A DNA stretch of 64,000 bases from Anaerolineae bacterium. Its GTDB lineage: Bacteria; Chloroflexota; Anaerolineae; B4-G1. The DNA is taken from NCBI GenBank assembly GCA_034430835.1, contig DAOUDX010000220.1, positions 344 to 64,343 of the forward strand, given 5' to 3'. Position 1 is the stretch's first letter; every line of letters starts with the position of its first letter. The notes under the pieces are model-generated. The model was not told the origin of the DNA, did no database searches, and was given only the letters and a program-made list of their open reading frames with translations. The position numbers and the translations under genes were made by a program. Below, piece after piece: positions 25,549 to 33,610 of this stretch.

Positions 25549-27315
25549 ATGATGTTCGCCAAGCTGAAACAACAACAGGCGCTCCCCTGGCTTGCCGCAG
25601 TGATCGCCCTTCTGTCGCTCGGCGGGCTGGCGCTCTGGGGCGCAACGCCGGCCCGAGAGGGCAACGTGGAGTCCATCTTCCCCTGGCAACTGCCCAAGCT
25701 GCGAGCCCTGCTCGCCATCGGCGGCGTCTGGCTTGCCCTCGTCGGCATCACCGTGTCGGTCGGATTCTTTCTCAAGCAGCGCCAAGCTACCTCCGAGAGC
25801 CGTCCCTCGCCATCACGCAAGCTCCATTTAGCGCTCCTGGCTCTCCTCGTCCTCAGCCACATTGCAGCGTATGGGTGGCTCGCCACACAGCGCCACGACC
25901 GCTTCAACTCCACCGGCTTCGACCTGGCCATCAAGGAGCAGGTTATCTGGAACACGCTGCACGGGCGCTTCTTTGCCAGCTCGCCTGAAGTGGAGAATGC
26001 CTTTGCCGACCATTTCCAACCCGTGATGCTGGCCCTGATCCCGCTGTACATCCTCTTTCCATCCCCCAAGCTGCTGCTGTGGGTGCAGGTCGTCGGCCTG
26101 GCCGCAGGTGCCATACCGCTGTGCCTACTTGCGCGGCGCCGCCTGAACAGCCCTTGGCTGGCGCTGGCCGTATCGGCAGCTTACTTGCTTTACCCGGCTA
26201 TCGGCTTCATAGATCGCTTCGACTTTCACCCGGAGGCGCTGGCTATTCCTGCTTTTGTCGCCGCCTTCGAGGCATTCGACCGCGGAGACCTGCGAAGCGC
26301 CTCGCTGTGGCTGCTCGTGCCCCTCCTGAGCAAGGAGAACCTGGGGTTCAGCGTCGCTGCCTTCGGCCTGTACGCCGCTCTGCGGGAGTGCGCTCCTGCA
26401 AAGCGCGCTCTGCAAGAGCACGCGCTCCTACGGCGGCGCGTCCGCTTTGGCCTCGCTTGGGCTGGCGTAGGGCTGGCCGTGTCGAGCGCTGCGATGTTCT
26501 GGCTGATCCCCGCCTTGCGCCAGGGCCCCTCGGATACCCTCGATCGCTACGGTTGGCTGGGCGGGAGCCCTGGCCAGATGGCGCTGACACTGATCACCAG
26601 ACCCGGCACCGTCTGCCAAACCCTGGCCGAGCCCAACCGGGCGCTATACCTGCTGCAACTCCTGCTCCCCATCGGCTTCCTGTCGCTGCTGGGCCTGCCC
26701 GAGTTGCTGCTGGCCGCACCAGGGCTGGCGATCAACATTCTGGCCCAGCATCACTGCCAGGCCAAGATTTACTGCCAATACACCGTGCCCATCGTCCCCT
26801 TCGTTTTTATCGCCACGGTGTTCGGACTGCACAGGTTGAAAGAACGATTGGGGCAACGCTGGCTCACCTACACTATCGGGCTGGCCGTCATCCCTCTGGC
26901 CGTCATGGCGTTAGCGATCGACAATCCCTTCACCGAGGGGCAAGAGTTGCTGCCACCACTCGAAAATCTACCCAACACCGAGGCCGTCTACCGAGCCCTC
27001 GCCACCGTTCCACCTGATGCCTCTGTGGTCACGACCAACGCCTACGCCCCGCACCTGGCGCAGCGGGAGAGGCTGTACATCGTCGGCATCCCCGCCCAGC
27101 GCGAGCCACCGCTCGACCCCGACATCGTCTTTATCAACCTGTACGACCAGCGATTCATAGTCTGCGAGCAGTATCGCGAGTATTTCTCGCAACTCGACAT
27201 CGACCGCTACGGCGTCGTCTTCCGTGACTGGGGGCTGATCGTCGTGCAGCGGGGTGGCGGGTCGAATGAGGCGTTCCGCGATTTCGTGCTCAACTGGACG
27301 GACTGCGCCGGATAA
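25549..27315 (+). CDS. DUF2079-family polytopic membrane protein (predicted GT-C-like)
   Basis: 588-aa ORF and one of only two plus-strand genes. ...RHDRFNSTGFDLAIKEQVIWNTLHGRFFASSPEVENAFADHFQPVMLALIPLY... matches the DUF2079 N-terminal signature from memory. About 12 TM segments. Confidence 0.75.
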   Translation: MMFAKLKQQQALPWLAAVIALLSLGGLALWGATPAREGNVESIFPWQLPKLRALLAIGGVWLALVGITVSVGFFLKQRQATSESRPSPSRKLHLALLALLVLSHIAAYGWLATQRHDRFNSTGFDLAIKEQVIWNTLHGRFFASSPEVENAFADHFQPVMLALIPLYILFPSPKLLLWVQVVGLAAGAIPLCLLARRRLNSPWLALAVSAAYLLYPAIGFIDRFDFHPEALAIPAFVAAFEAFDRGDLRSASLWLLVPLLSKENLGFSVAAFGLYAALRECAPAKRALQEHALLRRRVRFGLAWAGVGLAVSSAAMFWLIPALRQGPSDTLDRYGWLGGSPGQMALTLITRPGTVCQTLAEPNRALYLLQLLLPIGFLSLLGLPELLLAAPGLAINILAQHHCQAKIYCQYTVPIVPFVFIATVFGLHRLKERLGQRWLTYTIGLAVIPLAVMALAIDNPFTEGQELLPPLENLPNTEAVYRALATVPPDASVVTTNAYAPHLAQRERLYIVGIPAQREPPLDPDIVFINLYDQRFIVCEQYREYFSQLDIDRYGVVFRDWGLIVVQRGGGSNEAFRDFVLNWTDCAG

Positions 27316-27318
27316 TTC

Positions 27319-29331
27319 CTATTCAGCAGGCGGGACGAGGACGTGATCGGCGATAGGCTGGCCGGTTTCCCCTAGCACATCCCAACGCTTGCCACTGTCC
27401 GGCTTTGGATCATACAGCCCCAGCCTCACCGTGTAAGGCCCGGCGGGTGCATCAGGCGGGAGCGTGAAACGGTGAAACTGGACGAACCGGTCGCCGGGCC
27501 GGAGCGTGAGCGGGTCTACCCACAACCCGTCGTCGCCGGCAACTTGCGTGCCATCAGCAGCCAGCAGATGGGCAAATACCTTCAGCCGTGGCCCGGAGTA
27601 TACGCCCGGCGGGGGCGGGTTGGCGACGATGGGCATGGGCGGCAGATCGAGCGGCTCTGCGACGAGCCAGAAAGTCCGCAGCGCTGTCTCGTCTATCCAC
27701 TGCGCTTCGACCAACTCCAGTCCATTGGCAAAGCGCGCTAGTGGGTTGGAGATCGGAGATTGGAGACTGAAGACTGGCGGCAGGGTGTAGAGTGTCAAGT
27801 GAGGCGAGACGGCTTGGGGCGGATTCTCGCTTCCTGCCAGGAAGCCATCGATCGGCCAGGTTGAAGGGGGCCATGACGTGAGCATCACGGCTGAGGGAGT
27901 GTCGTCTGTCCAGATCAACGCCCGGCCTGGGTCGAAGAGACGCACGCTGAGATCATCTTGTTGGGTGTCTGCCTCCAACGCCAACCGATCCCAAGGGCCC
28001 AACAGCGTGCTAGAGACTGCGACGTCGGTGACCTCGGGATGGGCGTCCAGGTAGCGGGCTGCCTCGCGGTAATCGGCGCGGTACAGCACGCGCACCATCT
28101 CCTGACGTGGCCAGATGACGAAATAGTCGTAGAGGTCGCGCACGGCGTTGCTAGCGAGGAAAATGACAAATAGCAAATAGCAAATGGTGGATTTGCGATT
28201 TGCGATTTGCGATTTGCTCCATTGACAAGCTTCGACCAGCGGCAAGATCGGGAGAATGTAGACAACAGGTTGCGCGAGTATAGAGTGGCTCAGGCTGGCC
28301 GACGGGATGCTGATGAACGTAGGAAACAGCCCAAGGCCCAGCCACAGGAGCAGGAGAAAGTAACGCGGTTGCCGCCAGCGGTATAGGCATAGTCCGACGC
28401 CTGCCCACAGGAGCACGCCACCGAGAAGGTTGAAAACCGGGCGGTCAGCGATGTTGTATAACCATTCGGGGTCACCGGTAGCGTGGAACATGCCCAGCGT
28501 CGTCCAGGCGTTCTCCAGCAGCGGTTGAGGGTTGCCGGCCAGCAGTTCGTTCAGTGGCACGGCCAGTTCGGCCAGGCGAGCGTCGGCCCCCACTCCTTGC
28601 GCGGCAGCCTCGCTGCGACCGCGGGCAATGGCGATCCACATCGGCATTGCCAACACCATCGCCAGGAGCAGGGTCGCCAGGAGGGGCCGCCACCAGCGCC
28701 GGAACTGCTCCCGGTGAAAAACGGCCAGATAGAGACCGAATGCCAGCAGCACGAAGGGGATCAGGCGACTGGCCGTGTAGGTGTAGAGCGCGGCGGCTAG
28801 GAATACCCCGCTTTCCACCACCCGCATCCTGGACTTGCGCGAAGGGCGATCCGCTGCCCACAACAGGCAGAACACAGCCAGCGCCAGCGGCACGAGCACC
28901 TCGTGGCGCACGCCGAAGCGGCTGTACATCAGCGGCCAGAAACCAAAGGTCATGAGAGCCGCCGCCAAGAGCGCCGCCGTCCGCCCGAAAAGTCTCCGGC
29001 ACAGCCGATAGGTCAGCGCGACGGCCAAGGTGCCCGAGATGATGGGAATCAGATGCCCGGTGACAGGGTTAATGCCCCACAGCGCGATCGCGCCGGCACG
29101 CAGTGTGTGGTAGAGTGGCTCGTGGCCGGAGGCCCCCGTGAAGTAGAATGTCGGGTGTCCGGCCAGCACTTGCCCGGAGAGAGCGTATATCTCGATCAGT
29201 TCGTCGTCGCGCCAGCCCGGAGGAACGGTGCCCAGGCAGCACAGGCGCAGGCCCCAGGCGAGAAGGAGTATACCGACGATTAGCCAGCGATCGATCTGCG
29301 ATTGGCGATTGGCGATCAGCGATTTCGTCAT
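27319..29331 (-). CDS. GT-C fold membrane glycosyltransferase (ArnT/PMT-like) with C-terminal beta-rich module; tandem paralog 3 of 3
   Basis: ORF track 27319-29829. The first 166 codons are Arg-rich and overlap the upstream gene. ATG at 29331 (MTKSLIANRQSQIDRWLIVG...) forms an ATGA overlap with the upstream stop. First loop PPGWRDDELIEIYAL. C-terminus ...FAHLLAADGTQVAGDDG...PPDAPAGPYTVRLGLY. Confidence 0.8.
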   Translation of the reverse strand: MTKSLIANRQSQIDRWLIVGILLLAWGLRLCCLGTVPPGWRDDELIEIYALSGQVLAGHPTFYFTGASGHEPLYHTLRAGAIALWGINPVTGHLIPIISGTLAVALTYRLCRRLFGRTAALLAAALMTFGFWPLMYSRFGVRHEVLVPLALAVFCLLWAADRPSRKSRMRVVESGVFLAAALYTYTASRLIPFVLLAFGLYLAVFHREQFRRWWRPLLATLLLAMVLAMPMWIAIARGRSEAAAQGVGADARLAELAVPLNELLAGNPQPLLENAWTTLGMFHATGDPEWLYNIADRPVFNLLGGVLLWAGVGLCLYRWRQPRYFLLLLWLGLGLFPTFISIPSASLSHSILAQPVVYILPILPLVEACQWSKSQIANRKSTICYLLFVIFLASNAVRDLYDYFVIWPRQEMVRVLYRADYREAARYLDAHPEVTDVAVSSTLLGPWDRLALEADTQQDDLSVRLFDPGRALIWTDDTPSAVMLTSWPPSTWPIDGFLAGSENPPQAVSPHLTLYTLPPVFSLQSPISNPLARFANGLELVEAQWIDETALRTFWLVAEPLDLPPMPIVANPPPPGVYSGPRLKVFAHLLAADGTQVAGDDGLWVDPLTLRPGDRFVQFHRFTLPPDAPAGPYTVRLGLYDPKPDSGKRWDVLGETGQPIADHVLVPPAE
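28167..28217 (-). repeat. heptamer-tandem palindrome embedded in frame in the GT-C gene
   Basis: The plus strand reads (CAAATAG)x2-CAAAT ggtgg (ATTTGCG)x3-ATTTGC. The arms are inverted copies of the heptamer AATCGC(A/C), with one mismatch per unit. Encodes ...WSKSQIANRKSTICYLLFVIF... Confidence 0.85.
29287..29325 (-). repeat. five degenerate tandem heptamers (A/G)ATCGCN directly after the start codon
   Basis: Coding strand ATGACG AAATCGCT GATCGCC AATCGCC AATCGCA GATCGAT. Encodes SLIANRQSQID. Confidence 0.8.
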
Positions 29332-31367
29332 TTGCCCGTGACTCTCACCGGCTCCAAGAATACCCTGTCGCTGACCTCGACACCATCGGCAACGACGGGC
29401 AGGCGCTTTCTGCTGTGCCGGTTGTAGATGCCTACCGCCACACTGTACTGGCCGGGGGGTGTGTCGGCGGGGATCTGGACCCGGTGCAACTGCACGAACG
29501 TGTCCCCCGCGCGCCAGTTCCAGGCTGGTGCATCCAACCGATCCTCTTGACCGACGATGGTGTCGTCCGCGTCGAGGACGTGCACGAAGAGGGCCGCAGC
29601 GCGGCCATAGGCGGTCTCGGGCACGGGGCCGAGACCGTTCGGGTCGCGTACGCGCCAGAGAGTGGCCAGCGAGACCGTCTCGCCAGGACTGACCTCCGGT
29701 GCGGGTGGGGCGTAGGCCAATAGTTCCACCGCGCCAAAGTCTATGGGCAAGTTGAATGACTCTCCGTTCACGATCGCCGCCCTGCCCGGCATCTCCAAGA
29801 AGCGGGAAAGCGCTTTGCTGGGGTTCCACTCGAACACGTCAAAGTAGGGATCGATGTCGTCGGGGCGCTGGTGAACGCGCTCGACCAGTTGGAGATCGAG
29901 TTGTTCGGCAAAGTAGGGATCGAGCGGTGTGTTCGGCGGCAGGATGAACAGGCTGCGTGTCGAATTAGGAAACACGACCGCCCGGCGGGCGTCGAACCAG
30001 CGCAAATGCAGGTCGTCGCGGCGCATGCGCATATCGACGATGAAGGGGTCAAGGGGGACATCGGGAAACGGAGTTGAAAGCATCACTGCGCTGCTGTATT
30101 CCGTGTCGGCCAAGTAATCGGCGATAGCGACCACGTTCTGGAAGTAGGCCGCGCGGGTGTCCGGAGATTGCCCCCACCGGATTAAGTAATCGTAGCTGGT
30201 GAATGCCGCGATGACGATCAGCCACACCACGCAGGCCGTGGCAAAGACCCTGCTCCAGCCCTGGCCGATGCGCTTGCTGATGAAGCGCCCAACCTCGACG
30301 GCGCACAGGGCCGGCAAGGCCAGGATCGGTGACTGGGCGGCGTTGCTGTGCGACGAGCTGATCCACTCGCCGGTGATCAGCGAAGGCACCAGCCCCATCG
30401 CCATCCACATCAGCGTGAAGGCATAGGCCGGTTTGCGCCAGCGCCAGATGCACAGCACAACGCCACCGCAAAAGAACAAGCTGGTCACAGGGTCAAAGAT
30501 GGGCCGCCCTGGTAGATTGTAAGTGAGGAAGCTGTCGCCGCTGAAGCTGAACGTACCCAGCGTGCTGGCAACGTTGCTCAGTAGAGGCTTTAAGTTACCC
30601 TGCGCTGCCTCCTTTATTGGTCCAGACAGCATGTTCGTGCGTCCCCATGAGGAAGGGTCGAGCAGGTGAGGGGCGGTGAGGAGTCCGACGAGTAGCAACG
30701 CGCCGATGAACCAGATGGCGTGACGGCGCAAGCGAGGGCGGTGGAAAATCGCCAAGTAGATGAGCAGCAGGCCAAAGGAAGCCGATGCCGCGAGCGCCGA
30801 CTCGTAGGCGTAGAAAGACGTAGCGAGCAGAAGGACGAACAGTCCCCAGGCCCACCAGCGCCTTTTTCCTTCAGCATGATCTATCGCAAGCCACAGGAAG
30901 TATACTGCACCGGTGACCAGCGGGGGGGCAGAGGAGATATTGAGGGCCACGCGGCTCATCGAAACAGTCCAGTACGAAACGGCCACCAGGGCGGCGCTGC
31001 CCAACCCCACGGCTGTGCCAAACGACCGACGCGCCCACAGGTACGTGAAAACCAGAAGCGCCATGCCGAGGGACACGGTGTGCATGCGCACGGCCAGATC
31101 GTTTGGGCCGAACAGGGCCATGAAAAGCGCACCAACGTACATCGTGAACGGCTGGTAGGCGTAACCGTAGGGCGTCTCGACCGGTGAAGGCGCGCCGGTG
31201 CGGTAGACCGCCTCGATAAAGTAGCCCGTGTCCGCCTCGTCGTGCGTCACGCCGGGCGGGATGGTGTCGATATGGTAGAGGCGCAGGAAGGCCGCCACCA
31301 GCAGGATGACGACGAACAGCCCGGTGGCGATCAGCGATCGACGATTGGCGATTGACGGCTCGGTCAT
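29328..31367 (-). CDS. GT-C fold membrane glycosyltransferase (ArnT/PMT-like) with C-terminal beta-rich module; tandem paralog 2 of 3
   Basis: ORF track 29328-31559. ATG at 31367 (MTEPSIANRRSLIATGLFVV...) forms an ATGA overlap with the upstream stop. First loop PPGVTHDEADTGYFIEA. C-terminus VELLAYAPPAPEVSPGETVSLATLW...ALFVHVLDADDTIVGQEDRLDAPAWNW...TPPGQYSVAVGIY. Confidence 0.8.
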   Translation of the reverse strand: MTEPSIANRRSLIATGLFVVILLVAAFLRLYHIDTIPPGVTHDEADTGYFIEAVYRTGAPSPVETPYGYAYQPFTMYVGALFMALFGPNDLAVRMHTVSLGMALLVFTYLWARRSFGTAVGLGSAALVAVSYWTVSMSRVALNISSAPPLVTGAVYFLWLAIDHAEGKRRWWAWGLFVLLLATSFYAYESALAASASFGLLLIYLAIFHRPRLRRHAIWFIGALLLVGLLTAPHLLDPSSWGRTNMLSGPIKEAAQGNLKPLLSNVASTLGTFSFSGDSFLTYNLPGRPIFDPVTSLFFCGGVVLCIWRWRKPAYAFTLMWMAMGLVPSLITGEWISSSHSNAAQSPILALPALCAVEVGRFISKRIGQGWSRVFATACVVWLIVIAAFTSYDYLIRWGQSPDTRAAYFQNVVAIADYLADTEYSSAVMLSTPFPDVPLDPFIVDMRMRRDDLHLRWFDARRAVVFPNSTRSLFILPPNTPLDPYFAEQLDLQLVERVHQRPDDIDPYFDVFEWNPSKALSRFLEMPGRAAIVNGESFNLPIDFGAVELLAYAPPAPEVSPGETVSLATLWRVRDPNGLGPVPETAYGRAAALFVHVLDADDTIVGQEDRLDAPAWNWRAGDTFVQLHRVQIPADTPPGQYSVAVGIYNRHSRKRLPVVADGVEVSDRVFLEPVRVTGK
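31326..31353 (-). repeat. four degenerate tandem heptamers (A/G)ATCG(C/T)N directly after the start codon
   Basis: Coding strand ...CCGTC AATCGCC AATCGTC GATCGCT GATCGCC. Encodes SIANRRSLIA. Confidence 0.8.
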
Positions 31368-33499
31368 TCGCTCACGATCTCCAACGATTGCAGAAGCACG
31401 CGATCTCCCGCGACGCTGCCGCCCACCACGACGGGCAGGCGGGTTCCATCGGAGCGGCGATACACACCGACCTCCAGGGTGACCGATCTCTCGGAGAGAT
31501 CGGCGGGCAACGCGAGGCGGTGGATCTGTGCGATCACGTCCCCTATCTGCCAGTCCCACGCTGGCGCGTCGAGCCGATCCTCCTGGCCGACGATGTTTCC
31601 CGCCTCATCCAGCGCGTGGGTGAAAAGCACCAGGTCTTCCTCCACGTTGGATAGGTCCTGGGGTCGCAGCGGCTCCGGGTCGATCACGCGCCACAGCGTG
31701 ACCAACTCGATCGTCCCGCCCGGCGCGACCTGTGGCGTGCGCAGGTCGTAGCCCAGGAGGCGCAGCGCGCCATTCTGCCCCGCGCTCGAAGGGGCAAAGC
31801 TCGCCAGCTCTCCGTGCACGCGCGCCTGTAGCGCGGCCAGGGCCGCCTGCGGCTCCCACTCGTAGACGTCGAAATACGGGTCCAGGTCGTCTTCGCGCAG
31901 CATCACACGCTCCCGCACGCGGAGGCCGGGCAGGTCGGCGAAATACGGGTCGAGGGGCACCCGCGCGGGCACGACCAGCCAACCGCTCTTCTCCGCCGGA
32001 AATACGATGGCCCGCCCTCCGTCGAACCAGCGCAGCGATAAATCATCCCGTTGCAGACACATGTCGAAGACGCAAGGGTCGTGGGGCGCGTGGGGCAGAT
32101 AGGTAGAGATGCCTACGCCCTCGATTGCCGGGGCGGTATCGAGGTAGTCGGCTATCTCGACGAGCGTGTGCTTGTAAGCGTCACGCACCTCCGGCGATTC
32201 ACCCCAGGTGACGAAGTAGGCGTGGGCGGAGGCAGCACCGATGGCAACGATGGCGACAGCAAACGCCGCTCCCATAGCCCAGGTGACCCATTGCCCACGG
32301 CAACTTCTGGCAAGGCCAGAAGTTGCTAAACAATTCCCGGCTCTGCCGGGAATTGTCCGTGCCCCCTCCACAACGGCCAGCGCCGGGAAGAGAAAGGCCA
32401 CCGGCAGCGCGGCGATGCCGCGGGTGAAGCTGGCGGTCGCGCCGGTGATCAGCGAGGGGGAGATGCCGACGAGGAGCCAGATCAGCGCAAAGGCGCAGGC
32501 CGGTCGTCGCCAACGTGCCAGGCATAGCGCCACGCCGACCAGGGACAGCGCTCCCGTCAGCGGGTCGAAGGTCGGGCGGCCGGGGACGTTGTAGGCCAGA
32601 AACCGGTCGCCCCGCCCGGGAATGAAAAAGCCGGTCACGCAACTCCAGGCCCTGTCCAGGATCACGGAGAAATCCCCGCTCTTCAGCGCTTGTAGGGGTT
32701 CGTCCAGCATCGCCAACCTTTGCTCTGCCTCCGGGTGGGCCTGCAGGTAGACGAAGAGCGGTGCGGCCAGGAGCAGCCCGATCAGCACAGCGGCCAGCGT
32801 GGGAGGCCACGCGCGTCGAAAGGCCTGCCGGTGGGCGAGCGCCAGATACGCCAGAAAGGCGGGGAAGACAATCCAGGTGACGCGGGCTGGCAAGTACGTC
32901 CACAGTGTAGCGCCGATGAACAGCGCGCACAGCGCCACGCTATAGGGGCGAGGTAGAGATGGCTCGCTGCTTGCCTCTGCATCGCCCTTCGGCTTTGTCT
33001 CGCCCCAACTGCGCCAATAGAAGACCACCGCAAACGTGAACAGCGCCGGCAGCAATCCGGAGCGCAGCGCCTGGCGTCCCACCGCCAGCGACCAGAACGA
33101 GACTGCCTGGAGTGCCGTTGCCGCCAGCGCCGTGGGCTGATCGAAGGCCAGTTGCACCCAGAGATACGTCGCCAGCAGCGTGAGCAGGCTCAAGGGGACG
33201 GGAGAAAACCGCAGCACACTCCCCGTCGGACCGAACAGCGCCATCAGTCCGGCCACCAGGTAGTCGTATAGGGGTTCGCGGCCATATCCGACTGTCTGAT
33301 AGATGGGGCGCGCGCCGTTGAGGATGGCAATAGCATCCTGGCCGTGGCCGGCCTCGTCGTGGGTGAAGCCGGGGGGGATGTCATCCAGGCGATAGACCCG
33401 CAGGAAAGCAGCCAGCAGCAGGATCGTTACCAATGACACCAATCTCACGGTCGGATGGCTAATGGACAGTCTGAGGTTTGAGATTTGAGATTCGGCCAT
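31364..33499 (-). CDS. GT-C fold membrane glycosyltransferase (ArnT/PMT-like) with C-terminal beta-rich module; tandem paralog 1 of 3
   Basis: 711-aa ORF. First loop PPGFTHDEAGHGQDAIAI. C-terminus LRLLGYDLRTPQVAPGGTIELVTLW...VLFTHALDEAGNIVGQEDRLDAPAWDW...VTLEVGVY. Clearly paralogous to 29328-31367. Confidence 0.85.
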   Translation of the reverse strand: MAESQISNLRLSISHPTVRLVSLVTILLLAAFLRVYRLDDIPPGFTHDEAGHGQDAIAILNGARPIYQTVGYGREPLYDYLVAGLMALFGPTGSVLRFSPVPLSLLTLLATYLWVQLAFDQPTALAATALQAVSFWSLAVGRQALRSGLLPALFTFAVVFYWRSWGETKPKGDAEASSEPSLPRPYSVALCALFIGATLWTYLPARVTWIVFPAFLAYLALAHRQAFRRAWPPTLAAVLIGLLLAAPLFVYLQAHPEAEQRLAMLDEPLQALKSGDFSVILDRAWSCVTGFFIPGRGDRFLAYNVPGRPTFDPLTGALSLVGVALCLARWRRPACAFALIWLLVGISPSLITGATASFTRGIAALPVAFLFPALAVVEGARTIPGRAGNCLATSGLARSCRGQWVTWAMGAAFAVAIVAIGAASAHAYFVTWGESPEVRDAYKHTLVEIADYLDTAPAIEGVGISTYLPHAPHDPCVFDMCLQRDDLSLRWFDGGRAIVFPAEKSGWLVVPARVPLDPYFADLPGLRVRERVMLREDDLDPYFDVYEWEPQAALAALQARVHGELASFAPSSAGQNGALRLLGYDLRTPQVAPGGTIELVTLWRVIDPEPLRPQDLSNVEEDLVLFTHALDEAGNIVGQEDRLDAPAWDWQIGDVIAQIHRLALPADLSERSVTLEVGVYRRSDGTRLPVVVGGSVAGDRVLLQSLEIVSE
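33472..33492 (-). repeat. three tandem heptamers AA(T/C)CTCA directly after the start codon
   Basis: Coding strand ATGGCCG AATCTCA AATCTCA AACCTCA. Encodes ESQISNLR. Confidence 0.75.
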
Positions 33500-33528
33500 T
33501 CCTCAAGCTCTCTCAGGGGGGCGCGCCA

Positions 33529-33557
33529 ATCATACCCTAACCTGTCGGGGTTGGCAA
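33529..33557 (-). promoter_or_regulatory. candidate sigma70-type promoter for the three-gene GT-C operon
   Basis: The minus strand reads TTGCCA (33557-33552), 17-nt spacer, TATGAT (33534-33529), about 30 nt upstream of the ATG at 33499. Confidence 0.5.
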
Positions 33558-33582
33558 GTGGCTTCCGGTTGGGCCAGCACGC

Positions 33583-33591
33583 TGGTATAAT
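33583..33591 (+). promoter_or_regulatory. candidate extended -10 promoter (TGgTATAAT) for the macro-domain gene
   Basis: gcTGGTATAATtgagg lies 20 nt upstream of the ATG at 33611. No good -35 at 17 nt. Confidence 0.4.
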
Positions 33592-33610
33592 TGAGGCGAA
33601 GGGGTTTCGT

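Noticed and set aside
28167-28217. Heptamer repeat arrays (also 29287-29325, 54617-54688, 62846-62909, 63742-63810) as CRISPR arrays
   Set aside because: The units are 7 nt with no spacers. They are arranged as tandem and inverted repeats forming single hairpins. No cas genes are present.
29332-29829. Long N-terminal extensions of ORF-track models (27319-29829, 29328-31559, 21334-23529, 50417-52018, 53621-54646, 19194-21044)
   Set aside because: The extensions are Arg-rich or run through repeats or promoters, and they overlap the upstream gene. Internal starts give canonical N-termini (TM1, TRAM domain or signal peptide), often with an SD or an ATGA overlap.
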